64,000 nucleotides of DNA from Geosiphon pyriformis uo1 (taxonomy: Eukaryota > Fungi > Glomeromycota): NCBI GenBank assembly GCA_016748015.1, contig JAAOMT010000620.1:486256-550255 (forward strand). The letters are read 5' to 3'. The translations under genes and the position numbers were made by a program. Below are positions 12,718 through 25,762 of the stretch, in pieces. Under the pieces are notes generated by a model. That model was not told the origin of the DNA and did not search any database. It was given only the letters and a program-made list of their open reading frames with translations. Every line of letters starts with the position of its first letter. Position 1 is the first letter of the stretch.

Positions 12718-13251
12718 GCAGTTTTGCTTCTATCCGTAAAGGCTAGACTTAATGAATATAGGAAATTGACGCGCGAGGGAATATATTTTGGTAGGTAATA
12801 AAATTTGTCTTTATGTTAATATAATATTTTATAGTTAATTTTTGGGTTGGGAATTTCTGAGAATGCTAAATGCACCTGTCCAGTGTTTAAGCCAAGTCTA
12901 ACCAGAATCGTGGGTCATTATGTGAAGCCTTTTAATTCTGGATAGCTATGGCGAGATAAAATATCAGATATCAACAACATTGTTGTTTGATTTTTCAATG
13001 ACGAAGGTACAGGGCCCGATCTCAAAAGCTGTTGAGTTGCTCTGGGTAGTATTTACTTTCACATATTTGAATGGTCTAATCAATTAATTTATACGGGGGG
13101 CGAAAATGTGAAGGGGAAGGGTAGTCTTTTTTGTTTAATTAGTAGGGGGTACGGTAGAAGAGATTGAGCAAACTTAGCTGACATCGTCCATTTTTTCAGA
13201 CAGCATGCGATATTAAGACTACAATTTTCCTTTAGAGAATGAAATCTTATA

Positions 13252-14427
13252 TTACATCAGGGTACATTTGTCTAAATCGCCAGGGGAGAATTTTGGAACC
13301 CCTTGCTCATCTAGTTCCATATCTGGCGCCAATTCAGCGAGTATTTCAGAGGGTGGCTGACCAAAATCTTGCAACTATGAGAGAAAAAGTAGGGTAATCT
13401 ATGAACTAATTACACAATTAAATCTTAATATTATATTCATACCTTTTGCATTAAATCAAGTATCTTCTTATTGTGTTGCTCGTTGTTTTCTTGATAATCC
13501 GGTGCCTCGTAGAATGCCACGATTTTTTGAACATATTCCGATTGATTTCGGAATCTTTCATACTCTTCCCGGGAAACTTTCTCCTTGTTTTCCTCGAGCC
13601 ACTTCGGATACTTAATAATGAGGCCACCATTACAATGGTAACGGGATTTATGGATAATACCTTTTCTAATTAATAAAGGGAAGATACTGAAGAGATTTTA
13701 AGAAGGCTTTCACATACCCTTGTTGCTAAATCTTTTATAGGTTCATATAGAATATCCTTTGAAGTAAATTGTTCCATCATTCCGTCAAAGGCATTTTGAA
13801 ATTCTGCGTTGTCTGCTAAGTTCTCCATTTGTTTCATCATTTCGGCTAGAAATTCTTCGTTGGCTTCTTCTGAGATTTCAGCCTAGTTAGATTTAATCAT
13901 CAGAAACAATAGAAATGATGAAAAGCTCTCAATTCATCGTTATTACTTACATCAACCTGATCCGAACTTTTTTGTAGTTTATTTATTGTTTGATTTATTT
14001 GTTCTTGAAAAGATTTTTTATTGCTACCCTCTTCGGTATGAAGCGACCCGTCGAAATCACTTTCTCCACTCTTCAAAAGTGCTTCAAAAGTTTCCCTTAA
14101 TTCGTTGATATCTCCAAGACCATTTACAAGCGCTTCCATGTTAGCACTCAGTTGATCCACAAATTCCTCATTAGACCCATTTGAGGACTCTTGATCTGTA
14201 GAAGAACTTGGGTTGCTAGGAACGGGGGGAGTCGTAAAAGAAGTTGATTCAGAAGTTGAGCTGGATACTGTAGAAAAGTTGTCTAGAACATCTAAAAAGC
14301 AAGAAAATTGTTAATTGATGGTTTACTATTAATGATCTCGGAGGGACTCCGAATACTAACTGTCAAGGAGGTCATCAAGGTCTTCATCGTCTTCCACAAC
14401 TGTACATCTCTTATTGGGGGCTGCCAT
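13252..14427 (-). CDS. PEX19: Peroxin 19; exons 14427-14361, 14291-13951, 13882-13718, 13610-13443, 13374-13252
   Basis: N-terminal DEDLDDLLDNVLDNF (Pex3-binding), SKDILYEPIKDL..YPKWL, LQDFGQPPSEI, C-terminal CaaX box CTLM*. GT-AG introns in consistent phase. Confidence 0.95.
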
Positions 14428-14989
14428 TCTAAAAGTTTTGTGGAGTTAATTCTAAAAAAAAAGCATAGAACAAGAAAGTAATCTTAATGATAAATTTTAC
14501 CTGCTCAACTACATTTATATAATTCAATCGCATCCTTGATCTGTGTAACAATATATATTTTATTTTACTATACGTAGCATTGAGGGATATTTTAAGAGAA
14601 ATCTTTTAATTGAAATCCATCTCAAGGAATGATAGCATTGCGGGAAAATGTTCTGGATTAGATGCAACCGTTTGATTTTGTCAACAAGTAAATCTCCATT
14701 TTATTACTTGAATTTTGACTGGTACGGATTTGCCCAATCGGAACCAAACCCAATAATAGCTATAATGTGAAAAATGTTTATCTAACGTCTTAAATTAAAG
14801 ATCCTAATCGAGGTAGAATTTTATCCCTCACAGATCAGATTCGATGTTACTAGCTACTATGTGTGATAAATATATACATAGGTCGATTTGATGTGATCCG
14901 ACATTAAAGTGTTATGATACATAGAACGCGGTGTCGGTACCGTAAAAGTCTCGCTTGCCATCAATGCTAGGGTGGCTGCTTCGTTGTAA

Positions 14990-17672
14990 TCATTCAGATG
15001 GTGTTAAAAAACAATGGTAGGCATCAGTTAAATTTTTTATAAACCTTTGTAATAAATCATTATTTCCATTTTCGAATGGCTGGATATTTTCATGGAAATA
15101 ATCCAAAATTATGGTCAACGCAGAGAGGTTAATTTTCGCGTTGGCTTGTCTACAATAAAAAGAAAAGATATTAAATCCGTTTATCAAACTAAAACTGCAT
15201 AATTTTACAAAACGGTGAAAATACAAACTGCGGTGTATTTTTTGAAACATTGCACGGCGATACACAATATTTCACCTGTTGGGGTATTCGAGATGAAATA
15301 AATTATCGGGTATTTCTATTCATTAAAAAAATGAACATCCCAAATATCTAACCACATACCATTGCGTCCATCAGAGAGAATGAGTTTGATTTTGGCCAAA
15401 AGCCTAGGACAATGTCAACTAACATAGGATTTTCATCGAATTTCCTTTTGTGATTATCAAGATAAGCGACTATTACTTCGTTTCGAGACTCTTGGGACTT
15501 GTAATTGGTGAAGCATTCTGGAAAGGAAATTAACTCATAAGTAAATAACCAGAAGATTATAAATACAAGAGCTTATTAGTAATTCACGAACCTCGAAGAA
15601 ACACGATTATATCGGCCACTATGTTGGTCAGATTCAGGACTATAGCATCATCACGAGGACAAATTAACCAGACAAAATAATTGATAGGGGCTTCAAGCTA
15701 TGGAAATTTCCATTAAGACAACAAAGATTGAACCATGCTGAGATAGGACGGCCTTCCAGGTGTAAAAATAAACTACCGCTTTGAGGCTTACAAGATAAAG
15801 CTCATAACTGAGGTTTACGAGAAATGGTAATACTTGAAATTATTAAAGTGATTTTTTCCTACTTACTTGCTTGATATTTGGATATTTATCCTGATCAAAA
15901 ATTGCCGCAATAATCCAATGCCGCCATTTTGAAAAAGATAGTAGCAATATCCATACTTGTTTACGACGCCATTCATAGTCAACTGGCAATCCTTCCAGAA
16001 GCAATTTACGGCGAGCCAGATTAACCTCGACAAAAGATTCTGGACCAGCAATAACACTGTTAAGAATTGAAACTAAAAACTGAAAAGGTTGCCACAGATA
16101 CTGGAAAAAGAATCTAAATTTAAATTAAATTTTATTGAGGACAAATTGAGCGAACATTAGTTAACTTACTAGGGTGATATCTGCTGATATATCAACAATT
16201 TGCTCAAGCACGGATTGTGTAAAGTATGTCACTAAACGAAGAATTCGCCAATCAGGAGTATCATCTATAAACTCGACAAAGACATCAATGCAACGAAGAA
16301 ATATTCGAGAGCACATGAAAATGTGTTGAAATAATTGTCCTTGTCGAAATAAAGCTTTTATATTCGTAGGTGATGTGTATTTATCAATGGGAAATAATAG
16401 TTGACCAAATAGTGTCATGACCTATAATAAAGTTCATGAATTATTTTATAGTAGTCAACTAATTTTACAATACTAACAAATACTTACCTCATGTTCAACA
16501 ACAAAGGGAAAGCAGGCCGACAGACTTTATATCGTGGTGAATATATGTTTAGCAAAATGAAAAGTTTAATAAGATATTTTAAGCAAAAGATACTAAAAAC
16601 CTTAATATTCACACTGACCCTAGCTTCGATTCATTACTAAGTTTTTGATGAAATTTGGAATTACAAAAAACGAGATTTTCCACAAAAAGAGCCGATAGAT
16701 ATTCATTCGAATCCCCTTTTGTCCCAGTACGTATGATTTGATCAATCATATTTAAAGCATTCATATCCCCCAGTAAAGGAATACACTGTTCGGATAAAAT
16801 TTTAATGGAATCTGCCTAAAAATCAGGAAATGGTTAATGAAATTTGGTTAAGAGAAAAAATGCCTAGAAAAACTTTACCGGGAGTAGTATGGATTGATTC
16901 TGGAGTGCCTCCAAACATTGAGTAATAATGCTGATAGAACCCTCAGCTAAAGCCCGGTTGTTGCTGTAAGAATCGGTCAAACAAAAATCTTGAATTTTCC
17001 ACACAGTCTGATTGCTCACAGGAATATTACGGCATAAAAATAGCGATCGCAATTGGCGGAAACACCAATCATTTGATCTAAACTCCGATGAGTTCCAAAA
17101 AAGCATTTATATTCTGGTTAGACATAAGAAGACGTAAAAATCCGAAGGAAGCGAAATCAACAAACTTGGGTAAAATTTTGCAGGATTCAATGGAAAAATT
17201 ATTAAAGATCTTGGAAAATTCGACTAGGCATTTAACAATCAATTGGGAACTTGTTGGATGAAGGATAAAAATTCTGTTTCGCTAAATTTTTGATTTTGAT
17301 TTTAGAAAAATAGGAAATGGTATAAACGTCATAATATAGATTGAATATCGAAATGACAAAGTACCGCTAACTCTGACAATAATCGGGCACCTTTGGGAAA
17401 CATCCTTGCACATTCCTGAGCACTAGTACAGATTGAGAGTTGCTAAGGGATGTTTAATGAAATTAGTGAGCAAAATAAAGGTAACTTTTTTCAGCTCGGG
17501 AGTAAAGAGTTTTGAAACTTACCTCGTGAAACTCATCTAAGAAGGAATTCACCTTATCAAAATTTTGTATTATATCTACGATTTCGGCGGTCTTTTCGTC
17601 TTTAGACCTTTTTGGGGCTGTTGCTTTAACCCGCCACTTTGAGACCAGTTCTATGACCCCATCCCATTCCAT
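14990..17672 (-). CDS. FANCC: Putative Fanconi anemia group C protein homolog, ~577 aa; exons 17672-17523, 17442-17365, 17281-17166, 17077-16879, 16815-16619, 16524-16488, 16421-16170, 16100-15867, 15697-15592, 15517-15360, 15275-15229, 15149-14990
   Basis: Twelve exons joined by phase-consistent GT-AG introns give one 1734-nt open frame. Colinear motif similarity to human FANCC as recalled from memory (see findings). The gene itself is secure; the orthology is by-eye. Confidence 0.72.
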
Positions 17673-17789
17673 TTGAACATTTTTATCTTGGGCTCAAACG
17701 TTTATATGTTATAAGGAATTCGCTGAGTCTACAGGATAACAATAATAATCGTGAAGGAAACGAATTTTGTAAAATTCAGGAAGCTGCCC

Positions 17790-17936
17790 ATCGCGAGATT
17801 TCAATCACGTGAATCACCCACTAGAATATTCAAGGAATCACACACAGTCTCTTTTTGTTTAAGGTATTGTGACGAATAGAGTATTGTGGCAAAGTTAGCA
17901 AAATAAATTCGCGTGCGAAAATAAGACGCGTGAAAG
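17790..17936 (-). promoter_or_regulatory. Cluster of CGCG-core (MCB/E2F-like) motifs and an E-box upstream of the FANCC-like gene
   Basis: ACGCGT 17926-17931, TTCGCGT 17908-17914, GCGAAA 17915-17920, TCGCGA 17791-17796, CACGTG 17806-17811; about 120-260 bp upstream of the ATG. Confidence 0.5.
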
Positions 17937-18935
17937 TATGTCATTTTCTCACTTGTGAACAAATGGCATTTTTTATACTCTTTATCACAACCCATCACAA
18001 ATAATTAATTGAGTTATGCAAAAAAAAAAATATGGTTTCAAGTAGATTTATTCTTTGAATATTAAATATATATATATATATATCTATCAATCTATCTTTG
18101 ATTTTCATTTTTATTATTATTATAAAAAAATGCTTTCTCGCAATAGATTGTAAATTAAAATATTAAAATATATTGTTTTAAATAAAAAAATAAAAGATTT
18201 AAAAAAATTACTTAAATAAATATATATATATATATATAATTATTTTATAAGATTACATATTTTATAATTAAATCTTAAATTTATTTATTTTATTATTTAA
18301 ATTTATTCAAAAACAGTAGCTAAATTCCATTCAAAAAATATTTAAAGACTACATTAAAAAAATAAATATTATGATAAAAATTGAATTATCAATTCTTTTC
18401 CTTTCCAACAGTATTATAAATTATTTTAATGGTACATCTTTTCAAATTTGTTTATTTAATATATGCAATAAGTTCTATTCTTTCAATATTTAGAGCCTGT
18501 TCATTTATTTATTTATTTATTAATTTTTAACCACAAAGATTCTCAGGATTTCGAATATCTAATTTTAGAAATTCTATTAACAAAATATGAAGGTTTTAAA
18601 AACTGACTTTTTAAGTTGTGGGTTCAAGTGTATTGCTCTAATTCCGATTATATGTCTCTCGACTCTTCAAATTACCTGAAACCTTAAAATCAAAGAGGAA
18701 TAATCAACTTTTAGCAGAATAATTTTACCTCAAACTTTAAGAGATAAAATGAGTAGATTAAGAAAAGCAATTTGGTTAATTCAAATTTATATGATGTTTG
18801 GAATAGAAAAAATTAAGTTACATACAATCTTCAATGAAAATAGAAGTTAGGAAAAAATTCCATTTTCACTTAATCTTAGTTTTTCTTATCTATACTACTA
18901 TACAATCTATAGTCAATCCCAACTTGTTTATTAAT

Positions 18936-19904
18936 TTAGCTAAATACTCTTCCAACACCACTTGAAAATAGCTTTCCTACCCATCCGACATTCTGTGATG
19001 CAAAACCAGTGGCCCATTTTCGTTTTGCGTCCTTATCACATTGAGTGTAACCTAAGACGTTGGCGAAGTTCAAGGTCAAGGCAACTGCAACTATCAATAA
19101 CCATTTTGTGTCAAACCGAATGAGTGAAAGAAATCCACAGATGGCCCATAGTACGAAAGTTACATATAATGAAATCCAAAATATTCGTGAATCTGTGGGA
19201 TTCACTGGACGTGATGGCTTGGAAAAGACAAAGAAATCCTCATTAGAATGATAAATGAAGCATGAAAACAAAAAATAACGGTCATAATTTAAACTCACAT
19301 CACGACTCTCAAACATCCAAACATTTTTACCGTCTTCTTGAATATCATTCCACCACCTCAATCCCACCAATAATCGTCCAGTAACGTTTTTAACTGTCCA
19401 AAAGTCAAAGGATAATAATAATACGCATGTGATAAAAATGAAAGGGAAATTACTAATGAAGAGACTCCCAAACAAATATACTAATAGTGCAGCACTACGA
19501 AAAAATAGATGAAACCCTAGGGCCACGGGATGGCTGAATCAAAAAGCTTGTTAGCCGAGCCAAGAAAAGCAGACTTCCAAAAAAAACCTCCAAGAGCTTT
19601 AGTTTCAGGAAACAAAAACCTAGACTGTTTCCAGATGCTTTGATTACTATTACTTTGAGTATCACCAAAGCTACTGTTTGTGCCTCCTCCAGAGGGTGCT
19701 TCAATGTCACCTTCAATCCTAGCGAAGGGTCCAGCTTGTGAGAGAAGATTTGCTGTAGATTCCTATCATGTTGTAGTTTATTTAGCATCCAATAGAAGAG
19801 TCTAATGAATAAAGATAAAAATATATAATACACGCCATTTCACCCTCAGCTTTAGGTGCCTCAACGTTTACGGTTGTTGAAAAAGTTTGTTCTAGTTTAG
19901 ACAT
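18936..19904 (-). CDS. TVP23: Golgi membrane protein Tvp23 (DUF846); exons ~19904-19872 (uncertain), 19762-19620, 19533-19299, 19217-18936
   Basis: SSHPVALGFHLFFR, DFWTVKNVTGRLLVGLRWWN, W.FESR, DSRIFW..LY, N..GY..CDKDA. The first-exon donor is uncertain. Confidence 0.93.
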
Positions 19905-20350
19905 TTCTGAAATTTTTTGATTTCTACGATTTTAAACTGGTTATCCTATAAATAAAATTTTCTTTAACAATGACATAATCAAAAAATTAATTCGAAACCA
20001 AAAATATTCCGATATTGAAAAATAATAAAAATTTAATAAATAACACAAATAATTTTTATATTTCAAATATTTCAAATATTTTTAAATTTCTTATTATAAT
20101 ATTAATTTTTGTTATTTAAACATTTAAAAATAATAATACAACTTTGACATTAAATTTTTTTTTAAAAACAAAAAATCATAACAAAATTAACAATCATAAC
20201 AGTAGCAAGTTTTTCTTTTTAAAACAACAATTTTGTATTTTTTGAGAACTTTTATACTGTAAATTATCCAATTTACTAATTTTAAAAAAAAACAATTAAT
20301 TTCAATCGGGCTATAAACAATAAACACTATTTTCAATTTAGATAACAAAA

Positions 20351-20384
<34 letters not shown>

Positions 20385-22530
20385 ATTTTTTTCTTTTTAA
20401 TAACTAAAAAATTAATTTTTGGTTTTAATTTTTAAATTTTTGTACATATTATGTATATGTATTTGTTTTGTTAACAAAATTATTGTTTTTCTAAAAAATA
20501 TTTAACTGTATGATATTTTAAATTTAAATTTTTAAAAAAATTAAATTATTTAAAATTAAAAAATAAATTTTGTAAAAATATTTATAAGTAAATTAAATAT
20601 AAAAAAAATATTCATAATAAATTTTTCTTTTTTATATTTTTATAACTATATTCAAAGTAAAAAATAGGAAAAAAATAACTTTTTTTATTGTTTTTAATAA
20701 TTTTAATACTTAACCTATTTTTTAAAAATAAAAACAGCTAATTAATGCTTTTATAAAATATTTTTTCTAAATAATTTGAATATAAAGCATTTTTTTGACA
20801 TTTAAATAAAAGTTGTTCTGTATTTAAATAATTAATTAAATTCAGTCTTAATGTAATTATTATTATTATTGTTATAAAGAATTTAAAAAACGTTTAATAA
20901 TAAGTTAATAATAAAAATATTTGTTTTTATACCAACTTTTTATTATTATTGTTAAAAAAACAATATTTTGATTTAAAACTTATTTTTTCTTTTAAAATAA
21001 AATAAAATATTGGTCTTTTCGGTTTTTTTGGTGTTTTTACCAACTTTATTACAATTATATCAATTATAATACTTATTTTTAATCTGTTTATAAATAATAA
21101 TTTTTTTATTTTAAATAATAACAATAATAAAATATTTATTAAATTTGGTTTAAATTAATACAGAATTAAATTGCTTAATATTTTAATTAATAATTAATTT
21201 TTACCAATTTTAAAAGTAAATTAAGTTATGATTTTACATATAACTTTAATTAATTAACTTATTAAATTACTTAATCTTAAAAATTTAATTAATAAAATAA
21301 AAACCAAAATATTTTTTTCTAAAAAAGTTAGTAATTTTAATAATATTTAAAAAACAAAATATTAATTATTAAAATTTTTTTAATGAGTAATTTTATTTTG
21401 ATATTTAATAAAATTGTTAAAATTAATTAATTAAAAATTTGTTATATTTTTATTATTATTTTACAAATATAGTTTAATTATTGTTTAATATAATACAACA
21501 AATTAAGTATTTTAAATTAAACATAATTTATATACTTGTTATATATAATTTATTAAAACTTTTTTATATAAAATTTGTATTTTAAATATTTTCAAATATT
21601 AATATTAAAATTAAATTTGTTAAATTACTTTTTTTATTATTTTTAAAATTGTAAAAATTTTTTATAATATTTGTTTTGATAATTGTTTTTTTTATAATTG
21701 TTTTTAATAATATTTTATTAAAAGTTTTAGTTAACAATATTAAAATTTACTGGTTTATAATAAAATAATATTGTATATTTTAAGCTTTGTTTGGTTTTTA
21801 ATACTGTTTTTACTTGTTAATTAATTCTAATAAAAAATAATAATGTTTAAAATTTTCTTTTTTTAATCAAAAAAATTATTGTTAAATTATTTTTTAATTG
21901 TATTATTTTTAAAATTAATAATTAAACTTGTTATTTGTTAAATTAAATTATATATTTAATAAAAAACTTTTAAATATCAATATTATTATAAATATTAAAG
22001 TTTAAATTACTTGGTTATTAATTATTAAATTATTTTTTTGGTTTTTTAAATCTTTTTTAAATTTTTTATTATATCTAAAAATTTTAAAAAACCAAATCAT
22101 TAATTTTAAAAAAATATATTTAAAAAAATAATTAATATGAATTTAAATATATTATAAAAAACAATACCATTTTTTTAATTAAAAAAAATAAAAATTTTAA
22201 TACTGTTTTTTTTATTAAAATTAATTAAAAAACAAAACAGTTTTAAAAACTTTAAAAATTTGAAATAACAATAATATATTGTTACAAATTAGTAAATTTT
22301 AATTTAATATTAGTAATTTTATTAAAAATTCCAAAAACATTTTTTATATTATTAATTAAAATATTTAAAAAAAAATATTATAAAATATAATAACAATAAA
22401 AAACAGATTTACTACAACAGTTTTTGTAATATTAAAAGTAATTAGCAAAATTAATTTTAATAATAGTATTTAAAAAAAAAGCTTTATATAAAAAATTTAA
22501 TATTGTTTTTAATAAAATAAAAAACTAAAT

Positions 22531-22570
22531 ACTTTTTACTTTTTACTTTTTACTTTTTACTTTTTACTTT
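22531..22570. repeat. (ACTTTTT)n heptamer microsatellite, ~6 units
   Basis: Read directly from the sequence. Confidence 0.9.
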
Positions 22571-23080
22571 AATTATAATTATAAAAATCACAAAAAAAAA
22601 CTTTAAACCATATTTTTAATTATAATACTTTTTTATTTAATATTAATTTATAAACTATAAATTATTAAAATAATACAACAAAAAAATTTCTTTTTTTTTA
22701 TCCCAAATTTTCCAAAAAAATATTTTTATAAAAAAGTTTTTTTTTTCTTTATATTATTTATTAATATTTTATACAATATAAATCTTTTTATTTTAAATTT
22801 AATAATTACTACAAGTAATATTATAACAAAAAAAAGCCAATTAAAAATATTGTTTTTGGTTTTATTAATAATTTTTTGCAAAAATTAAAAGTATTAATTA
22901 AAAATATTTAATACTTAAATAATAAAATAGATTTAGAATTCAAATTATTTTTAAGTAATAAATTTGAAAGTCACTATTTTTTTAAAATTTAAAAAAATTA
23001 CTAAATTAATATTTATTTTTAAAGAAAACATAAATTAAATTATAATATTAATAAAAAAAATTTAAATAAATAATAATCTT

Positions 23081-23160
23081 AAAAATTAAAGAAATTATTT
23101 AGATTAAACTATAAAAATCAAAGAAATTATTTAGATTAAACTATAAAAATTAAAGAAATT
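23081..23160. repeat. 32-bp tandem repeat, 2.5 copies
   Basis: Unit AAAAATYAAAGAAATTATTTAGATTAAACTAT. Confidence 0.9.
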
Positions 23161-23472
23161 TTTATAAATATATTTAAGAAATTAATTACTTTAATTTTGT
23201 TTAAATTTGTTTAAGTTGTATTAATTTAATTACAACTTATTAAACTGTAATAAAAGACTATAATAAAAGTTATTTAATTAAACTAAGTTAATTTATTAAT
23301 ATTTAAGTAATTTATTTTAATTAAAAAATTATATATATATAATCAAAACTAATATAAATTAAAAATTTTAAAGCTTTGTTATTTATTTTGCTTATAAATA
23401 TTATTATATATAATTTTAGTAGTTTTTAAAAAAAAACCAATAAAAAAATTGGTGTTATTAAATTATATATTT

Positions 23473-25762
23473 TTTTATTTAACGCATTTAACGAGTGTAG
23501 CCCAATCGCTATCTAGTACATAAAACCAAACTAAGAGGCTCAAACTAAACGCGACTCACGCACTTTCTACATGTAACTAGCCATTCAGGCCAGACAAGGC
23601 AACACTACACATCTATAACTACCCGCACACTGCCACTCAGACCAGAAAAGAAACAAAAAGGCTTCCGACGACCAAAGCTAACAGCAAAAGAATTGGCCAA
23701 ACCAAGCAATCTCACAACACCGTCAGACAAAACCGAAGACATACCACAAGGGAGCCCAGAAACAACACCAACATCACAGACCAGACCAGTCTTCTCCATC
23801 ACCACCCGGTGGCTGGCTCTAGCTAACCATACCTTAGCATGATGTAGACCAACAACAAATCTGACATAATCAACAATCCTAGCAGTGGCCACCTTTTTAT
23901 CCTCAAAAACATCGCAAGCCTCCTCATACCACTCCTCCAGCACAAACCCTTTGCACACCAAAGTGTACAGCCCAACATCAATGGAACATTGAGACAAAAC
24001 CCACAACACAGCAGAAGCAGAGGAACCACCAGCCAAAGCTGATCAATGAGCAGAAGCCTCCGCCAAAATCTTACCACGAATGCCAGACTCATGAACACAA
24101 GTAAAAACGTGGTCAGAGAACTCCACCTCACTGCAAAACAAACACAACACACTAGGGTAACATTTATCATACAACCTCTTCCTAATGGCCACCGGCAACC
24201 TTCTGTGCACAGCCTTCATAACATAAGTGCAAAGCGATGAGGATGCACGGCTAGTGAACCCAGCAAGCATATGAGAATCAGGATGCCACACCTTTGCCGT
24301 GACAACCCAGTCTATGCAACCAATCATCGCATCCGGAACTACATCACAACCAGGCCCAGCTTCCCAACGAGCACAACGAATTGATCGAAAAATATTTCTG
24401 ACAAAATGACGGGCATTACCAGAAACAGCGACACCCTCAGCAACCAAAAAATGTTCACGCACATTGGCACAAAGAAAAAAGGGAGACCCAGAGGCAGTTC
24501 CAGCAGCCAAGTCAGCTCTCACATTACCAGGAATCCCAGAGTGTCCTTTTACCTTAACCCAACTCACACTAAGATTCTTATTCCTGACCAAATTGAAAAT
24601 ATGACGCCTTTCCAGCCAGCATTGATTACGGAAATCAGAAGCAACCAAAGACATCTCAGACACACATGTGTCAATGGCAGTCTGGCTGTCAAGACACAAC
24701 ACCACAGTACTTGAAGAAGGAACACACTCCAAAGCCAAAGCAACAGCCTGTAACTCGGCCATAGTAGATGACAAAAGACCACGAACAGCAACACCAATAC
24801 TCATATCCAAGACCGAAAAGTATGCAGCAGCACCACAGGTGACCTCAGCAGAGCCTGCATTCCTCAAAGACCCATCCGTGAAAACTTCAAAAGAGCCCTA
24901 CCAAATGTCATGCAATCCATCTTTAACCGCAGAAAACTCCCCAGACCTCAAAATGTCCAAACCAAGCTTTTCTGCTGAGCCAACAGAACCAGAAAATGAG
25001 TAACCCTGACCTTTCAAAAACTCAGAAGAAACCATGAACCAGTGAGGCACAAGGCCATGTGGATCCAACCTCTTCCAACGACGAAAAGTTTTCCAATCCA
25101 ACAAAACACTTTTCTTATCAAAAAGCCGATCACCAAAAGCAACACCAAAACGTTTAAGAGATTTGACCGAATTAAAATACAGAGACTTTCCAAGAACAGA
25201 GGACAACGGGAACCGACCAGGACTACGAAATGCAGTGGGGAGGTTGTTCACCAAAGTAAGCTCATTGCCCAGAAAGATCTTCACCATCCCAGCCAAAAAA
25301 TTGTTCACCAGACTAACACGCAACCTGACCAGAAACTGCAAAGGATCTAAAGGAGCCCAACCAAGAATCTGTAGGTCTAAAAACCTATGTCTAAACAAAC
25401 GCCCAAGAATGCCAAAAGCATTAAAGAATGCCATCAAAGCAGCAACCTTCCCTTCAGACTGCATCTGTTCAAAAGGCTTTAAGCCATACAATGAGGGATG
25501 ATGCAAAGCAGTGTCAAGAAAATCACAGGGGAGACAGGCCTTGGACCTAAGACCCTTTCTAACCAAGACATCCCACTTGCGACAAACATTAGATGAGACA
25601 AAACTGAACTAAGTACGATAGCTAACAATAGGCTGCAAAACAGCCGACATCAGATACGAGAATTGTTTGTCTGTAATAGCCTTCTTAAGCACAACATTGA
25701 CGAAGAAACGTACATCCACATGAGCCTTGGCAACACTTAGCTTGGAGAGCCCCTCAGTCGAC
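23473..25762 (-). mobile_element. 5'-truncated LINE (copy A): end of RT region, RNase H, Cys/His finger, 3' UTR, A-tail
   Basis: 13-bp TSD AAATTATATATTT at 23460-23472 and 25763-25775. RNase H motifs FTDGS, ELQAV, LDSQ, KVKGH, GNVRAD. CLFCSEVEFSDHVFTC finger. Least decayed copy, with many CpGs retained. Confidence 0.92.

Larger units (their letters stand above)
19990..23459. other. Extremely AT-rich non-coding block (similar blocks at ~10150-11700, 25776-28438, 35211-36050, 42970-43723, 50513-51573)
   Basis: By eye roughly 85-90% A+T, almost no CpG, and no credible ORF. Probably end-stage decayed repeats. Confidence 0.6.

Noticed and set aside
12720-13250. Possible ncRNA between convergent TIM23 and PEX19 (small hairpin near 12968-12991)
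   Set aside because: No tRNA, snoRNA or snRNA hallmarks; adequately explained as 3' UTRs.
14640-14648. Single E2F-like site GCGGGAAAA upstream of PEX19
   Set aside because: One isolated match with no supporting cluster; could be chance.
14990-17672. FIRRM/C1orf112-like identity, or several separate small genes as in the ORF track
   Set aside because: The fragments splice into one frame, and motif order fits FANCC rather than FIRRM as recalled.
17801-17998. 65-aa ORF upstream of the FANCC-like gene
   Set aside because: No homology cues, and it overlaps the motif-rich promoter; likely spurious.
19495-19833. 112-aa ORF overlapping TVP23
   Set aside because: It spans two introns in the wrong frame; the spliced frame gives the conserved SSHPVAL motif.
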